DNA of 64,000 nt from Spirulina sp. (lineage in GTDB: Bacteria; Cyanobacteriota; Cyanobacteriia; Phormidesmidales; Phormidesmidaceae). Positions 28,718-38,870 of this stretch are shown in pieces. Within the stretch, counting starts at the first letter, position 1. Every line of letters begins with the position of its first letter. The stretch lies in NCBI GenBank assembly GCA_044070495.1, contig JBIPSI010000008.1, positions 1 through 64,000 on the forward strand, read 5' to 3'. Made by a program: the position numbers and the translations under genes. The notes beneath the pieces are model-generated. The model made no database searches. It saw nothing but the letters and a program-made list of their open reading frames with translations, and had not been told where the DNA came from.

Positions 28718-30634
28718 GTGCCCAACCCTAGCCCTCCCGCCGACCTCCAGTCCCTTAAGCCCCTGGCCCAGACAGGGGATGTTCGCGCCATCGAAACATT
28801 GCTGGCTCAGTCCTTTGGGGATTCCCATCTGCGGTTTGAGGTGGCCCGTCGAGGCACGACGCTCTATGCATTTCTCACCGTGGCCGGGGGTGAGACTCCA
28901 GCGGCCTATGCCTCAGCGGTGTATGACGTGGTGGCCGATCTGGCTCCCCAGGGGCTAGATCGGTTGGAGGTGATCGACGGTACGGATAGGCCCCAGGCGG
29001 ATCGTTGGCGACAACCCTTTTACCTGCCCGCCGGGGACTGGACGTCTACCCCAGCATCACCATCTACCCCTGAGGACGGTGCTCCCACCGAGCGGCGATC
29101 TCCCCAACTGCCGGATTTTCTTCAGCGCCCGAAGTCTGTTCCCAACCCCGCACCCATCCCTGCCGAAGCGGCCCTCGTCGCACCGCCGCCCCCGGCCCTA
29201 GGGGAACGCGCCGCTGCATTGGTGGAGTCCTTGGCTCGATCCAAACGCATCAAAAATAGTTTGGGGCTTGCGGCCCTTATTGCCTTGGGTTTGGGCCTAG
29301 GAGCAGCGGTAGCCCAGTGGCGCTATGGCCAGCCCGATTCCCTCGCGCCCCTGTCTTCCGAAGTCAGCGCCCAGGAAGACCCCCTAGACTCCACGCCACC
29401 CGCTGGCTTCCCGTCCGACAGCTCAGCCCCAGGTATCCCCTTTACAGACAGTCCAGCCTCAGACAGTCCATCTCCAGAGAGTCCAACGCCAGAGACCGAT
29501 CCAGCCTTAGCCCCAGAACCGGGGATCTATATCGACGGCATTAGCGAACCAGAGGTCGAACGATCCGAAGAATCCGTTGCTGCCGAGGCCAACCCCGCCC
29601 CACCCCAACTCACCCCCATCTTCGACCCCAGCCGCCTCACAGCCCTCAACGCCAACGCCCTGCAAGCCCCGCCCACCCTCACCGTCAACGCCGTGGGCGA
29701 TGTCATTCCCGGCACCAACTATCCAAACTACCGCCTGCCTCAGGATTGGCAATACCTGTTTGGCGGCATTCAATACCAGCTCCAGCAGGCGGATATTGTC
29801 TTTGGTAATTTTGAAAGCACCCTCACCGAAGTGCGCAACAGCCCCAAGGGCGCGGGCCGCCCCAATGTGTTCGCCTTTCGCACGCCACCCTGGTATGCCA
29901 GTGTGCTCAAGGTAGCGGGCTTTAACGTCATGAGCGTGGCTAACAACCACTCCTTCGACTTTGGCGACCAGGGCTTTATCGACACCATGGCCAACCTAGA
30001 GCAGGAGGGCATCAAAGCCGTAGGCCGCAAAGGGGAAATTGTCTACACCGAAGCCAAGGGACTAAAACTGGCCTTCATCGCCTTTAGCCACCTGAACCAA
30101 CACAACACCGTCCACGACCTGGATGCCGCCGCCGCCCTAGTGCAGGAAGCCGAGCAAAACGCCGACATCGTTGTGGTTTCCTTCCACGCCGGGAAGGAAG
30201 GCAGCGACGCCACCGCCACCCGCAACCAAACAGAATATTTCCTGTCGGAAAATCGCGGCAACGTCGTCCAGTTTTCCCGCACCGTTGTAGACCATGGGGC
30301 CGACCTCGTCCTCGGCCATGGCCCCCACGTCCCCCGCGCCATCGAACTCTACAACAACAAACTGATCGCCTATTCCCTCGGTAATTTCCTGGGCTATCGC
30401 ACCCTCTCCACCGCTGGCAATCTGGGCACCTCCCTCATCCTCACCACCAACTTGGATGGCAACGGCGATTTCGTCAGCGGGCGCGTTGTCCCCGTGGCGC
30501 TGGATCGCAACGGTGTTCCCTACCTGGATGACCACTTCAAAGGCGTGATCCTCGTCCGCACCCTCACCCGCCGCGATTTCCCAGACACCCCCCTCACCAT
30601 CGACGACGAAGGCTACATCTGGCGGAATCCCTAG
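28718..30634 (+). CDS. CapA-family (PGA_cap) metallophosphoesterase-fold protein, membrane anchored
   Basis: TM segment and Pro-rich linker, then AVGDVIPG, GNFE, SVANNHSFDFG, VSFHAG.EG, GHGPHVPR, AYSLGNF. Confidence 0.9.
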   Translation: MPNPSPPADLQSLKPLAQTGDVRAIETLLAQSFGDSHLRFEVARRGTTLYAFLTVAGGETPAAYASAVYDVVADLAPQGLDRLEVIDGTDRPQADRWRQPFYLPAGDWTSTPASPSTPEDGAPTERRSPQLPDFLQRPKSVPNPAPIPAEAALVAPPPPALGERAAALVESLARSKRIKNSLGLAALIALGLGLGAAVAQWRYGQPDSLAPLSSEVSAQEDPLDSTPPAGFPSDSSAPGIPFTDSPASDSPSPESPTPETDPALAPEPGIYIDGISEPEVERSEESVAAEANPAPPQLTPIFDPSRLTALNANALQAPPTLTVNAVGDVIPGTNYPNYRLPQDWQYLFGGIQYQLQQADIVFGNFESTLTEVRNSPKGAGRPNVFAFRTPPWYASVLKVAGFNVMSVANNHSFDFGDQGFIDTMANLEQEGIKAVGRKGEIVYTEAKGLKLAFIAFSHLNQHNTVHDLDAAAALVQEAEQNADIVVVSFHAGKEGSDATATRNQTEYFLSENRGNVVQFSRTVVDHGADLVLGHGPHVPRAIELYNNKLIAYSLGNFLGYRTLSTAGNLGTSLILTTNLDGNGDFVSGRVVPVALDRNGVPYLDDHFKGVILVRTLTRRDFPDTPLTIDDEGYIWRNP

Positions 30635-30663
30635 GCCCTTCATCCTCACCTTCGGATGCAGTA

Positions 30664-33207
30664 TCAAAGCTGACAACCATGATTTGCACGGGTAAACACC
30701 GTCGCCGATTGCACCGCCTCAGTTGTCCAGAGTGGACAGTTCAGCGCATCACCATCGCCACTAATTTTCAGCTTATTCGTTACTCGATTGGGCGAATCTT
30801 CTTGGAAAGGCTGGATAGATTGAAGCGGCGCTCCTTCGTTAATCAAGATTTGGGTAATAAGCCTAACAGTGCCTAAATCCACGCCATCACCAAACCACAA
30901 AGCATTGAGAGGCACTGGGTTAGTAGATAGTGGCATTGTGACCACAGAAAACCCTAGGCTATTCAGTCGATTAGGAATAACAGAAGAAGTCTCGTTTTCC
31001 CTTGGATAGTATTCCACCGTAGCATTGAGCCGTGCTTCCATTTGAGCCAGGACATCCTGCGGGGCACCCCATGAATAGGTTTTGAGGATATCTTGGTAGA
31101 TGTCACGCATAATTTCACCTTGACGCTCTGGAGAGGATTGATCATATTCCTCTAGTCGGCTGACAGTGAGAACATTGTTATAAATTTCGTAGACATTATG
31201 ATAGCCAGGAAAGGCATTTTCAGCTTGACGGAAATAATCCCTAGCCTGTTTTAAATCTCCTAATAAAAGAGCATCAAAGCCTTGTCGTTCTAACTGACTT
31301 GCACCGTCTGTTACAGTATTGAGGCTTTCCTCCTGCCTAGTAATCGTTTCCTGGGCTGCGATGAGTTCCTGATTCAGGCGTCTTGCGTCATCACGTTCTT
31401 GTTCCGCCGTAGACCTTGCCTTTTCAGCCGCATTAAAAGCCGCATTAGCCCTGTCAACCGCATCTTCAAGCTCAGTATTTCTAATCGCGAGAAGAATGCT
31501 AAGTGCACTCAGGGCAATTATGGCTGTGCTTAAAAAGCCTACTCGCCAGAGAGTTTTGATTTTCCTAGCCCTAATGCTGCGGTGAATCAAGTTCCTTTCG
31601 ACGGGACTTAAGTCCTCATATTGCCTTGCTTCGTCTAGCACAATTCCCTTGAGTAGCATATCTCTGGGATATCCGCGTCGTTCCCATTCTTGCGCCGTGT
31701 CTACAAGGCGGAGCCTTTGCCTGAGATGACCTCGTTCTTCATCCAGCCATTCAATTAACCTAGGCCAATTGCGAATGAGCGCTTCGTGGGCTACTTCGAT
31801 TTGGGTATCTTGAGGAGTTTCCCCAGGAGTTAGACGGACAAGATTTGCCCTGGATAACTTTTCTAAAACATGATCAATACGGCTAGGATCAAGACCAAGT
31901 TGATCTAGATCCTGTTTACGGATACGGTTGCTTGTGACCTCAAGACCTGCACTAGGGCGTACCATTTTTAGTACAATGCGCTTAACGACATCTTGGTCTT
32001 GGGGAATTAGATGATCGTAAAAATCATCTGCGCTTTGGGCAAGGGCGTGACGAGCACCACCTAGATCTTGATAGGCGCTATAGGTAACTCGGTTTCGCTC
32101 TCGGTGCTTCCATAGCTGCAACAACACAAATTGCAATAATGGTAGGGCGGCGGGTTCTCCCAGAACATCGGTAATAAGGTGATCAACCACCCCCTCTTCA
32201 AACTTCAATCCAACCTGTTCGGCGGGGGCTGAAATGGCTTCCCTGAGTTCACCTGCGTCTAGGGGTAGCACACGCACCTGGGAATTTCTGAATCGTTCCC
32301 CAAAGGTAGAGGTTGGGGCTGGCAATTCTGACAATGTGGAAATTTGGTCTTCAAAATCGCTCCGCATGGTGAGAATCAAATAGTCTTGAACGGAGGACGA
32401 AGACTGAATTAGGGCCACCAGGCTATTGATGAAGGCTATGCGAAGCTGTTTATCTTGGCAAAGGGTAAAGGTTTCTTCAAACTGATCAATCACAATAACC
32501 GCTGATTGTTCTCCGGCAATTTGCCTAATCAGGTCACTTACAGTCGTTGGATTTTTCTCGATCAGCCTAATATTTTGACTAATCTGATCAGCATTGTGCT
32601 GTTGATTTGGGGTGAGCGTTCGCATCAGATTTTCTAGTGGATTACTGCCAGGAACTAGCGGCGGAAAGTAGTACCATTGGTGGCTATTCGGCAATGCCTC
32701 AGCCTTTAATTTGGGCAATAATCCACCCCGAACCACCGAGGATTTACCGCTTCCCGATGCCCCCACAACGGCTAATAGGGGACTGGTTCCCAGGGCATCT
32801 ACAAGCTGGGTTACGAGGCGCTGACGACCATAGAACCGATGGGCATCTTTTTCCTTAAAAGCCTCTAGCCCTAGGTAGGGGCAATCGGAATCATCTAGAG
32901 ATGGAGAAAGCTCGATATCAAAGTTAGCTAGGTCAGAGTCAATAACCGGATAGCCTGCCCTTAGAAGCACAGAAACCCAATAGTCTAGAAGGCTTTGAGC
33001 CGCGAGGCGATCATCATCATTATCAATCACGGCTCCCGTTTCTCGTCCTTGGCAAATAAACGTCTTGATGTCAGAGAGAAGTTCTAAGTTCTCACCCTCT
33101 TGACGGTGACGTTTGAGCAGTTCTGTATAAGCTAGACGGAGGGCCGCAAAGCTAGGGAAACGATCTGGGGCATGGTCTGACGTAAACTCAGTTGCAAGAG
33201 AACTCAT
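30664..33207 (-). CDS. nSTAND1-type NTPase with N-terminal helical domain, TM segment, coiled coil and TPR-like extracytoplasmic region
   Basis: CPYLGLEAF...FYGR, Walker A VGASGSGKSSVV, Walker B IVIDQFEE, MRSDF, LPLLQF.L..LW, EVAHEALIRNWPRL..W; TM LWRVGFLSTAIIALSALSILLAI. Confidence 0.88.
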   Translation of the reverse strand: MSSLATEFTSDHAPDRFPSFAALRLAYTELLKRHRQEGENLELLSDIKTFICQGRETGAVIDNDDDRLAAQSLLDYWVSVLLRAGYPVIDSDLANFDIELSPSLDDSDCPYLGLEAFKEKDAHRFYGRQRLVTQLVDALGTSPLLAVVGASGSGKSSVVRGGLLPKLKAEALPNSHQWYYFPPLVPGSNPLENLMRTLTPNQQHNADQISQNIRLIEKNPTTVSDLIRQIAGEQSAVIVIDQFEETFTLCQDKQLRIAFINSLVALIQSSSSVQDYLILTMRSDFEDQISTLSELPAPTSTFGERFRNSQVRVLPLDAGELREAISAPAEQVGLKFEEGVVDHLITDVLGEPAALPLLQFVLLQLWKHRERNRVTYSAYQDLGGARHALAQSADDFYDHLIPQDQDVVKRIVLKMVRPSAGLEVTSNRIRKQDLDQLGLDPSRIDHVLEKLSRANLVRLTPGETPQDTQIEVAHEALIRNWPRLIEWLDEERGHLRQRLRLVDTAQEWERRGYPRDMLLKGIVLDEARQYEDLSPVERNLIHRSIRARKIKTLWRVGFLSTAIIALSALSILLAIRNTELEDAVDRANAAFNAAEKARSTAEQERDDARRLNQELIAAQETITRQEESLNTVTDGASQLERQGFDALLLGDLKQARDYFRQAENAFPGYHNVYEIYNNVLTVSRLEEYDQSSPERQGEIMRDIYQDILKTYSWGAPQDVLAQMEARLNATVEYYPRENETSSVIPNRLNSLGFSVVTMPLSTNPVPLNALWFGDGVDLGTVRLITQILINEGAPLQSIQPFQEDSPNRVTNKLKISGDGDALNCPLWTTEAVQSATVFTRANHGCQL

Positions 33208-34838
33208 GATAGTTTCTCCATAACTGGGGCTAGGGCTGTTCGGATATCTCGCAATTCTTCACAGAGGTGAAGTAGAGCCAGATCGACTTGGACAAAGACA
33301 TCTAAGGCGGCGGCATAGTATCGATAAAAGCTGGCTCTTACTTTGGTCGGTTCTTTGAGGGTGAGGGCATCACACAAGCCTTGACGACACTGCTCTAGCC
33401 TCGTTACCTCTGCACCCAATTTACCCTGACATAGGCTGTTCACTTTTTCCTGTAAGTCAGATAAATCGTTGAGATTATCTTCATCTAAAACACTGGGAGC
33501 AAAGCCATTGGCAAAGACTCGAAGTTCAGAGTCAACTCTTTGCCAAGCGTCGTGCTCTTTAACAAAATGACCCAATTGATCACTAATACTGGCTAGGGAT
33601 GAGAGGCCCAGTTCAAACTTGGCGAGATGGTCAGATTCAGTCATATTTTCAGCAATAATCTTATCCCTAACTACACTTAAGTTCCTAATCAAATCAGATA
33701 ATCTCAAGGTTTTGGCGATGCTGGTTAGATTGGCATTTAGGCAAATTGGCTCCGTGGATAAAATGCGGCTCAAGCTACGTAGCGCTTGATTGATGTCGTG
33801 TTCACTGGACTGACTAATGGCGGATTCTAGCTTGTCCCGAACCGTCTCTAATTCCTTGATCCATCTAGGTGTCTCATCGTCATCTTGGGAATGCTGGTCA
33901 ACTAGGCTGTGCGCCTTTACGATGCTACTTTGCAGGTTCATTTCATACTCTGAGAGCATCATAAGACCCTCTTCATCGCCTATGAAACGCTGTTTGTAGC
34001 GAAAAATAGGCCAATAGCATTTTGTTTCTATTGCCTGGAGTAGATCGTGGAGTTGCTTGTAATAGCTCAGAGTTTCTACGCGGCTGTAGACGACTTCAAG
34101 ATCAGCCTTAAAAATTACGACAGACTCATAGACGGCTGGATTGGACAATAGGGTTTCTAGGGCAACAAAACCCTCGGTTAGCTTTTCACCCTCTGGCTTG
34201 CCACAGGCATCTACAAATGGTGTCAGCGATTCTTTGATATAAATCCTAGGGATGAGGGTATTTGCCACGTCCTGCGAACTAGATATTTCAATGTCGCGTC
34301 TATGACTATTATTTTGCCCTTCTACTCTCATGTAGAGCAATCCCTGATCATGGGCCTGGGAAATGGAACATCCAGCTCCTAGTCCTAAATAAAATCCTTT
34401 GGCGTAGGCAATGGCATCCTGATCAGGAATCGCCCGACTCATGCCAATGACGTAGTTGATGTGTTGAGCAATGGCCTTTGCCTGATCAACAGAATAGCAA
34501 GCATTGAGGACAATACATTCCACTGTATTTCTGATGATTTCAGACTGAAACAAGTCCGACAATACATCAGTTTTAATAAGGAGCGGTTGGCCACAGTCTT
34601 GTTCTAATACTAGGCCCGATTCCCCCGTGCCATGACCACAGAAGTGAACAATGCGGGGTCTGATTTCCAGAATAGCTCGCTGTAGATCCTCCCATCGTGC
34701 TGCTGTCCGTTCTTCTAAATCGAACTGATCTCGATATTTGGCTTGGGCAAGAAAGTCCCGAATATCGCGAAGTTCTTGGTTCAGTTTTAGGACTGAAGTG
34801 CCGTCTGGATTCGCTGCAATGGCGAGGATAGTTTTCAT
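33204..34838 (-). CDS. CHAT-domain protein with long helical C-terminal domain
   Basis: ILAIAANP..T..LKL..E.R.I, P.IVHFCGHG, CIVLNACYS, IGM...I.D..AI.YA.GFY..LG.G; 4-bp overlap with the STAND gene. Confidence 0.88.
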   Translation of the reverse strand: MKTILAIAANPDGTSVLKLNQELRDIRDFLAQAKYRDQFDLEERTAARWEDLQRAILEIRPRIVHFCGHGTGESGLVLEQDCGQPLLIKTDVLSDLFQSEIIRNTVECIVLNACYSVDQAKAIAQHINYVIGMSRAIPDQDAIAYAKGFYLGLGAGCSISQAHDQGLLYMRVEGQNNSHRRDIEISSSQDVANTLIPRIYIKESLTPFVDACGKPEGEKLTEGFVALETLLSNPAVYESVVIFKADLEVVYSRVETLSYYKQLHDLLQAIETKCYWPIFRYKQRFIGDEEGLMMLSEYEMNLQSSIVKAHSLVDQHSQDDDETPRWIKELETVRDKLESAISQSSEHDINQALRSLSRILSTEPICLNANLTSIAKTLRLSDLIRNLSVVRDKIIAENMTESDHLAKFELGLSSLASISDQLGHFVKEHDAWQRVDSELRVFANGFAPSVLDEDNLNDLSDLQEKVNSLCQGKLGAEVTRLEQCRQGLCDALTLKEPTKVRASFYRYYAAALDVFVQVDLALLHLCEELRDIRTALAPVMEKLS

Positions 34839-34874
34839 GGCACGGTGCTGAATTCAAGGTCGAATTCGATCAGG

Positions 34875-37800
34875 CTAGGTATTCCCTATCTGGGGCCAAG
34901 ATTGGGACTCATTGGGGCTGGGTTCCAATGGTTGGTTAGATAGTTGCAGGCCCAAAAATCCCACAACGAGGAACACAACCGCCGCCACAATCCACCACAG
35001 CAGCGGATTGCCAGAGGATTTTTCTTCCCCTGAGTCGGCAGACCCAACGGGATCATTCGTTACAGAGGCAGGCCCAACGGGGCCAGGAGTCCCAGCATTG
35101 GGGGATGTGGAATTACCTGGAACTTCGGAGGTTTCATCCTGCGGAGGTTGAGGACTAGAAGATTTTGGGATGGACAATTCTGGACTGGATGATTCTGGAC
35201 TGGGTGATTCTGGATTCAGGGGTTCTGGGGTAGACGATTCTGGATTAGGGGGTTCTGGGGTGGACGGTTCGGCGGTGGGCAGGATACCCGTCAGTGCGCT
35301 TTGGGCCATGTCGCCCAGGGCTTTTACCCCCACCGGATCGCTGAAGTAGACCAGGTGATCGCAGGCGACTTCCACCATGGCGGGGGCGGGCTGGCGACCG
35401 GAGGGGATGGCTTTGATGCTCTCCACCGTGACGGCCAGGTCGTTAGGAATGCCGAAGAAAGGCAGTTCCATCAAGCCCTTCAGTCGCTCCATCAGCCGTT
35501 GCCGCAGGTTGCCCTGGGGTTGGTCGGCGGGGATGAGGGTGATATTTCCGGCAATCACGGTGTAGGGAATGCCGGGATCGGGGTTGGCCGCCAGTTGTTT
35601 GATGAAGTCGGAGTTGGGATCCATTTGATCCAGCGTGACATCGATGGTTTCGATGCCTTCGACGCCCTTGGCCAAGAGTTTGAGGGCGCTGGACACAAAC
35701 ACGATGGGGAACGTCACCTTAGACAGGCCGTTCAGCACCAGGGTCAGCAGGGTCGTAATGCCCGCCACAGTTTGGGGCCAGGGGGATCCGCCGCTGGGGG
35801 TGCCCAGCAAAATCAGGTGTTGAACGACCTCGTTGCCGCCCTCGCGCTCAATGAACCAGCGGGACACCAGCCCCCCCATGGAGTGGGCAATGATGTGCAG
35901 GGTTTTGCCGTGGTTGGGGCCAAGGCCAACGCTTTCCAGCCGTTGTTGGAGTCCCTGGGCATGGGTTTCGATGGCGGTATTCAGGCTCTCGTAGTCGAAG
36001 GCCAGCACCAGGTCGTAGCAGTCTTTTAGGGGTTTGGCTTCCCCAGGCAGGGCGGCCACGGCGGTTTCGATGCTGGGCACCATGCTTTCGGTGTCGCCGA
36101 TGATGCCGTGGATGTAGAGGGCGATGCGCTGGGCCTGGGCGACGCGGCTGGCCATGGCGGCGGGGTCGGTGATGTAGGTGACTTCGCCGTTATTGACCTC
36201 GGCCACCCTGAGGAAGGGATACTCAAAGGGCAAGCCCAGCTTTTGCCGGACAACTTTTTGGAAGAAAATCCGAATCGCTCCACCCAGGCTGCGCTTCCCT
36301 TCACTGATGGGTTCGGGCAGGCGGTCGATGGTGATCTCGGTTTGGTTGCCTTTGCCGATACCTTGGCCCAAGGGCAGATAAAACTCCCCATCAAAGGCCA
36401 CAGGCAGCACCATGGCATCGGGTTCTAGGGCCACATTGGCCACCAGTTTGAGGGGATTTTCGGCGGTAACGGCCTCCCGATTTTGCACGTCCCGCAGTTC
36501 CAACGCACTCAGGCCCGGATCGGTGGCGCGGCTGGCGGTGAACTGAAACGCCTGGGTTTGATCCCGCAGCAGGGGCGGCAAAATGTGGCTCCCCAAATCG
36601 CGGGTGGATTGGGAAACGGTGGTGAGCCGCGCATTAGCGGAAAAGCCCTCCGGGTTCTGGATGGTGATGCCCTGCATCAAACTCACCTGGGGCGCAGCGG
36701 CAGAGAGGGCCACGGTTTCCCTAGGGCGCACGGTGGTAATGGTGATCTGGCTGGTCATCCAGTCGTCGGTGGCATCTTCGTCCTCGTCGTCGCCAATGTC
36801 GCGGGTTTGGATGCGCGTCATCAGCCGATTCAGCATTCCCTTGGGCGGCATGGAACGGGTCACGTCCTCTCGATAAAAACCGCGCAGTTCGCCCTGGAAG
36901 AGGGTGAGTTTGTCCTGCTCCAACAACCGTCCATCAAAGGCGGTGGGGCTGACGATCAGCTTCAGCACATCCTTATATTCCGTAATGCCCTGCTCCCACA
37001 GTTCCTTGGGCATCGTCGCCGAAACCAATGCCCCTTGGCGGGCATAGGCTTCCTGGCCTGGATCTAGCCACACGCCCCCGGCCTCAAACAGGGCCGCACT
37101 GATGGCGAACCGCTCGGTCAAATCCAGCACGGTGCAATAGAGCCGTTGGGAACTGGTATTGGTGAGCTTGAGCTGAAATTTGGGCGCTTTGTTATTGGCG
37201 TCATAGCTCAACCGCAGGTCGCTTTGGTGAACGCTTTGGTCGGGCAGAACCACCTCCATCCGTACGGCATGGGCAGGAATGCGGCTGGTGGGAGAGCCTT
37301 GCAAATCTAGGGTGGTCGTCCAGCGGGCCAGGTGTTCTAGCAAACCCAGGGTTTCGCGGGCCTTGGCGCTGTCGAATCCCCGCACAGGCTCCAGCAAAAC
37401 CCGATCATCAACGGGCCGTTTGATGCGATAGTTCCCATCCTGGGCGACCACTTGAAACGTAGCATCGACGGCATCTTCCACGACTCTGACATACAGGGAC
37501 GCAGGCTGGAAGCTACTGCCCATAATCGCCCCACGCAGCAGCCCTAACCCAGCCTCATCCCCCAACAGATGCACCCCCATGGGCGGCAAGGGCAAAGCTT
37601 TGACGACGGCCTTAAAGCTCATCTCCGGCGAAAGGGGTTCGATGCCCGTGATTTGCACGCGGCTGAGGGTGGGCTGCACAGCGGTAACGGTCGCCGTACC
37701 CAGGGGCGTACCTTGACCTAAATCGCCATCCGCCATATCCGCCGGAAACAGGGAAAAAACCGTAGTTTCTCCCCCCTTAGGCTGAGGAATACCGTGGATA

Positions 37801-38738
37801 CTGCCGCCATCAATCACCCAGCCCTCCTGGCGATGGCAACTTACCAAAAAATGGGGACTCCTAGGCCGAATTGCGCCGCCAAGGAAGGGCTGATCCAAAT
37901 CTTCGGGAACGCTGGCCTCTAGCTGGGGAGCCTGGGCCGAAACCCGACTTTGCACCAGGGCCGAGGTGCGCTTAAACAGGTCGCGATAGGTGAGGCTGCC
38001 GTTGGCCTTTTGCAGGGTCTCTAGCAAAAAGTAGGAAAATGCTCCCCGGTGCTCGCCATCGCTGGAATATTCCTTGGCTTCTTCAATGTCTTGGCAGGCG
38101 GCCAGCAACACATGGCGACCCTGGGGAATGCGCCAACCGCTGACGGCCCCCAGGCTGCGGGTTACGGGCGGGGCCGCCGGAATCGCCTCTGGGGTCACAA
38201 TAAAGCTGTCGATGGGGCGCTGACGTTTATCCGTGGGTGCCCGCCGCACCGATTCGCTGGACACGGCATCGCCACGGGTGCCAGAACCAGAATGGCAACA
38301 GTCCAAAATCACCACCATATGGGGATGGTTGGCGGCCACGTCGGCAATCAGCTTGGCCAGTTCCTTGTCGGCCAAATCCCAACTGCCCGCGCAACGGCTG
38401 TCGTAGCACACCAGGGTTTCATCCAGCCGATCCGGCTCCAGGTGCCAAAATTCCTCCGGCGCTGGCTCCTGGGAACCATGCCCCGCATAGAAAAAGAGGG
38501 CCACATCCCCTTCCCGCGCCTGCCCCAGGTGGCTGCGAAAGCCCTCAATTACCGCCTGTCGGGTGGCTTGCTCGTTTAGCAGCACTTTTAGGTGGAGGTT
38601 GCCGTTGTCTTGGCCCACGCGCCCCTCTAGGTAGGCTTGCATGGCGGCGACATCGTTGGTGCAACCCTGCAAATGGGGCACATAGGAGGTGGGATCGTAT
38701 TGGTTAAGGCCGACGAGGAGGGCGTAGGTGTTGGTCAT
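34875..38738 (-). CDS. Caspase-family (peptidase C14) protease fused to alpha/beta hydrolase with C-terminal TM
   Basis: YALLVG.N.Y...L.GC.ND, YAGHGSQ, ILDCCHSGSGTR (His-Cys dyad); LYIHGIIG, IIAHSMGGLVSR, LGTP.GGSP, NDLAV, CDHL; Pro/Ser linker and TM LLWWIVAAVVFLVVGFLGL. Confidence 0.9.
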   Translation of the reverse strand: MTNTYALLVGLNQYDPTSYVPHLQGCTNDVAAMQAYLEGRVGQDNGNLHLKVLLNEQATRQAVIEGFRSHLGQAREGDVALFFYAGHGSQEPAPEEFWHLEPDRLDETLVCYDSRCAGSWDLADKELAKLIADVAANHPHMVVILDCCHSGSGTRGDAVSSESVRRAPTDKRQRPIDSFIVTPEAIPAAPPVTRSLGAVSGWRIPQGRHVLLAACQDIEEAKEYSSDGEHRGAFSYFLLETLQKANGSLTYRDLFKRTSALVQSRVSAQAPQLEASVPEDLDQPFLGGAIRPRSPHFLVSCHRQEGWVIDGGSIHGIPQPKGGETTVFSLFPADMADGDLGQGTPLGTATVTAVQPTLSRVQITGIEPLSPEMSFKAVVKALPLPPMGVHLLGDEAGLGLLRGAIMGSSFQPASLYVRVVEDAVDATFQVVAQDGNYRIKRPVDDRVLLEPVRGFDSAKARETLGLLEHLARWTTTLDLQGSPTSRIPAHAVRMEVVLPDQSVHQSDLRLSYDANNKAPKFQLKLTNTSSQRLYCTVLDLTERFAISAALFEAGGVWLDPGQEAYARQGALVSATMPKELWEQGITEYKDVLKLIVSPTAFDGRLLEQDKLTLFQGELRGFYREDVTRSMPPKGMLNRLMTRIQTRDIGDDEDEDATDDWMTSQITITTVRPRETVALSAAAPQVSLMQGITIQNPEGFSANARLTTVSQSTRDLGSHILPPLLRDQTQAFQFTASRATDPGLSALELRDVQNREAVTAENPLKLVANVALEPDAMVLPVAFDGEFYLPLGQGIGKGNQTEITIDRLPEPISEGKRSLGGAIRIFFQKVVRQKLGLPFEYPFLRVAEVNNGEVTYITDPAAMASRVAQAQRIALYIHGIIGDTESMVPSIETAVAALPGEAKPLKDCYDLVLAFDYESLNTAIETHAQGLQQRLESVGLGPNHGKTLHIIAHSMGGLVSRWFIEREGGNEVVQHLILLGTPSGGSPWPQTVAGITTLLTLVLNGLSKVTFPIVFVSSALKLLAKGVEGIETIDVTLDQMDPNSDFIKQLAANPDPGIPYTVIAGNITLIPADQPQGNLRQRLMERLKGLMELPFFGIPNDLAVTVESIKAIPSGRQPAPAMVEVACDHLVYFSDPVGVKALGDMAQSALTGILPTAEPSTPEPPNPESSTPEPLNPESPSPESSSPELSIPKSSSPQPPQDETSEVPGNSTSPNAGTPGPVGPASVTNDPVGSADSGEEKSSGNPLLWWIVAAVVFLVVGFLGLQLSNQPLEPSPNESQSWPQIGNT

Positions 38739-38762
38739 GGGAATCTGCCAGGGGGATTAGTT

Positions 38763-38810
38763 GGGTGGGGAGGTGGGGAGGTGGGAAGGTGGGAAGGTGG
38801 GAAGGTGGAA
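38763..38810. repeat. Tandem octamer repeat (AGGTGGGA/AGGTGGGG)n
   Basis: Six G-rich 8-mers between the caspase gene and the upstream gene. Confidence 0.75.
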
Positions 38811-38870
38811 TAGATATTACGTTTGGGGGGAAGGGCTGTATGCTCATCACGGTCTGGTGTGTTTTCTGAT

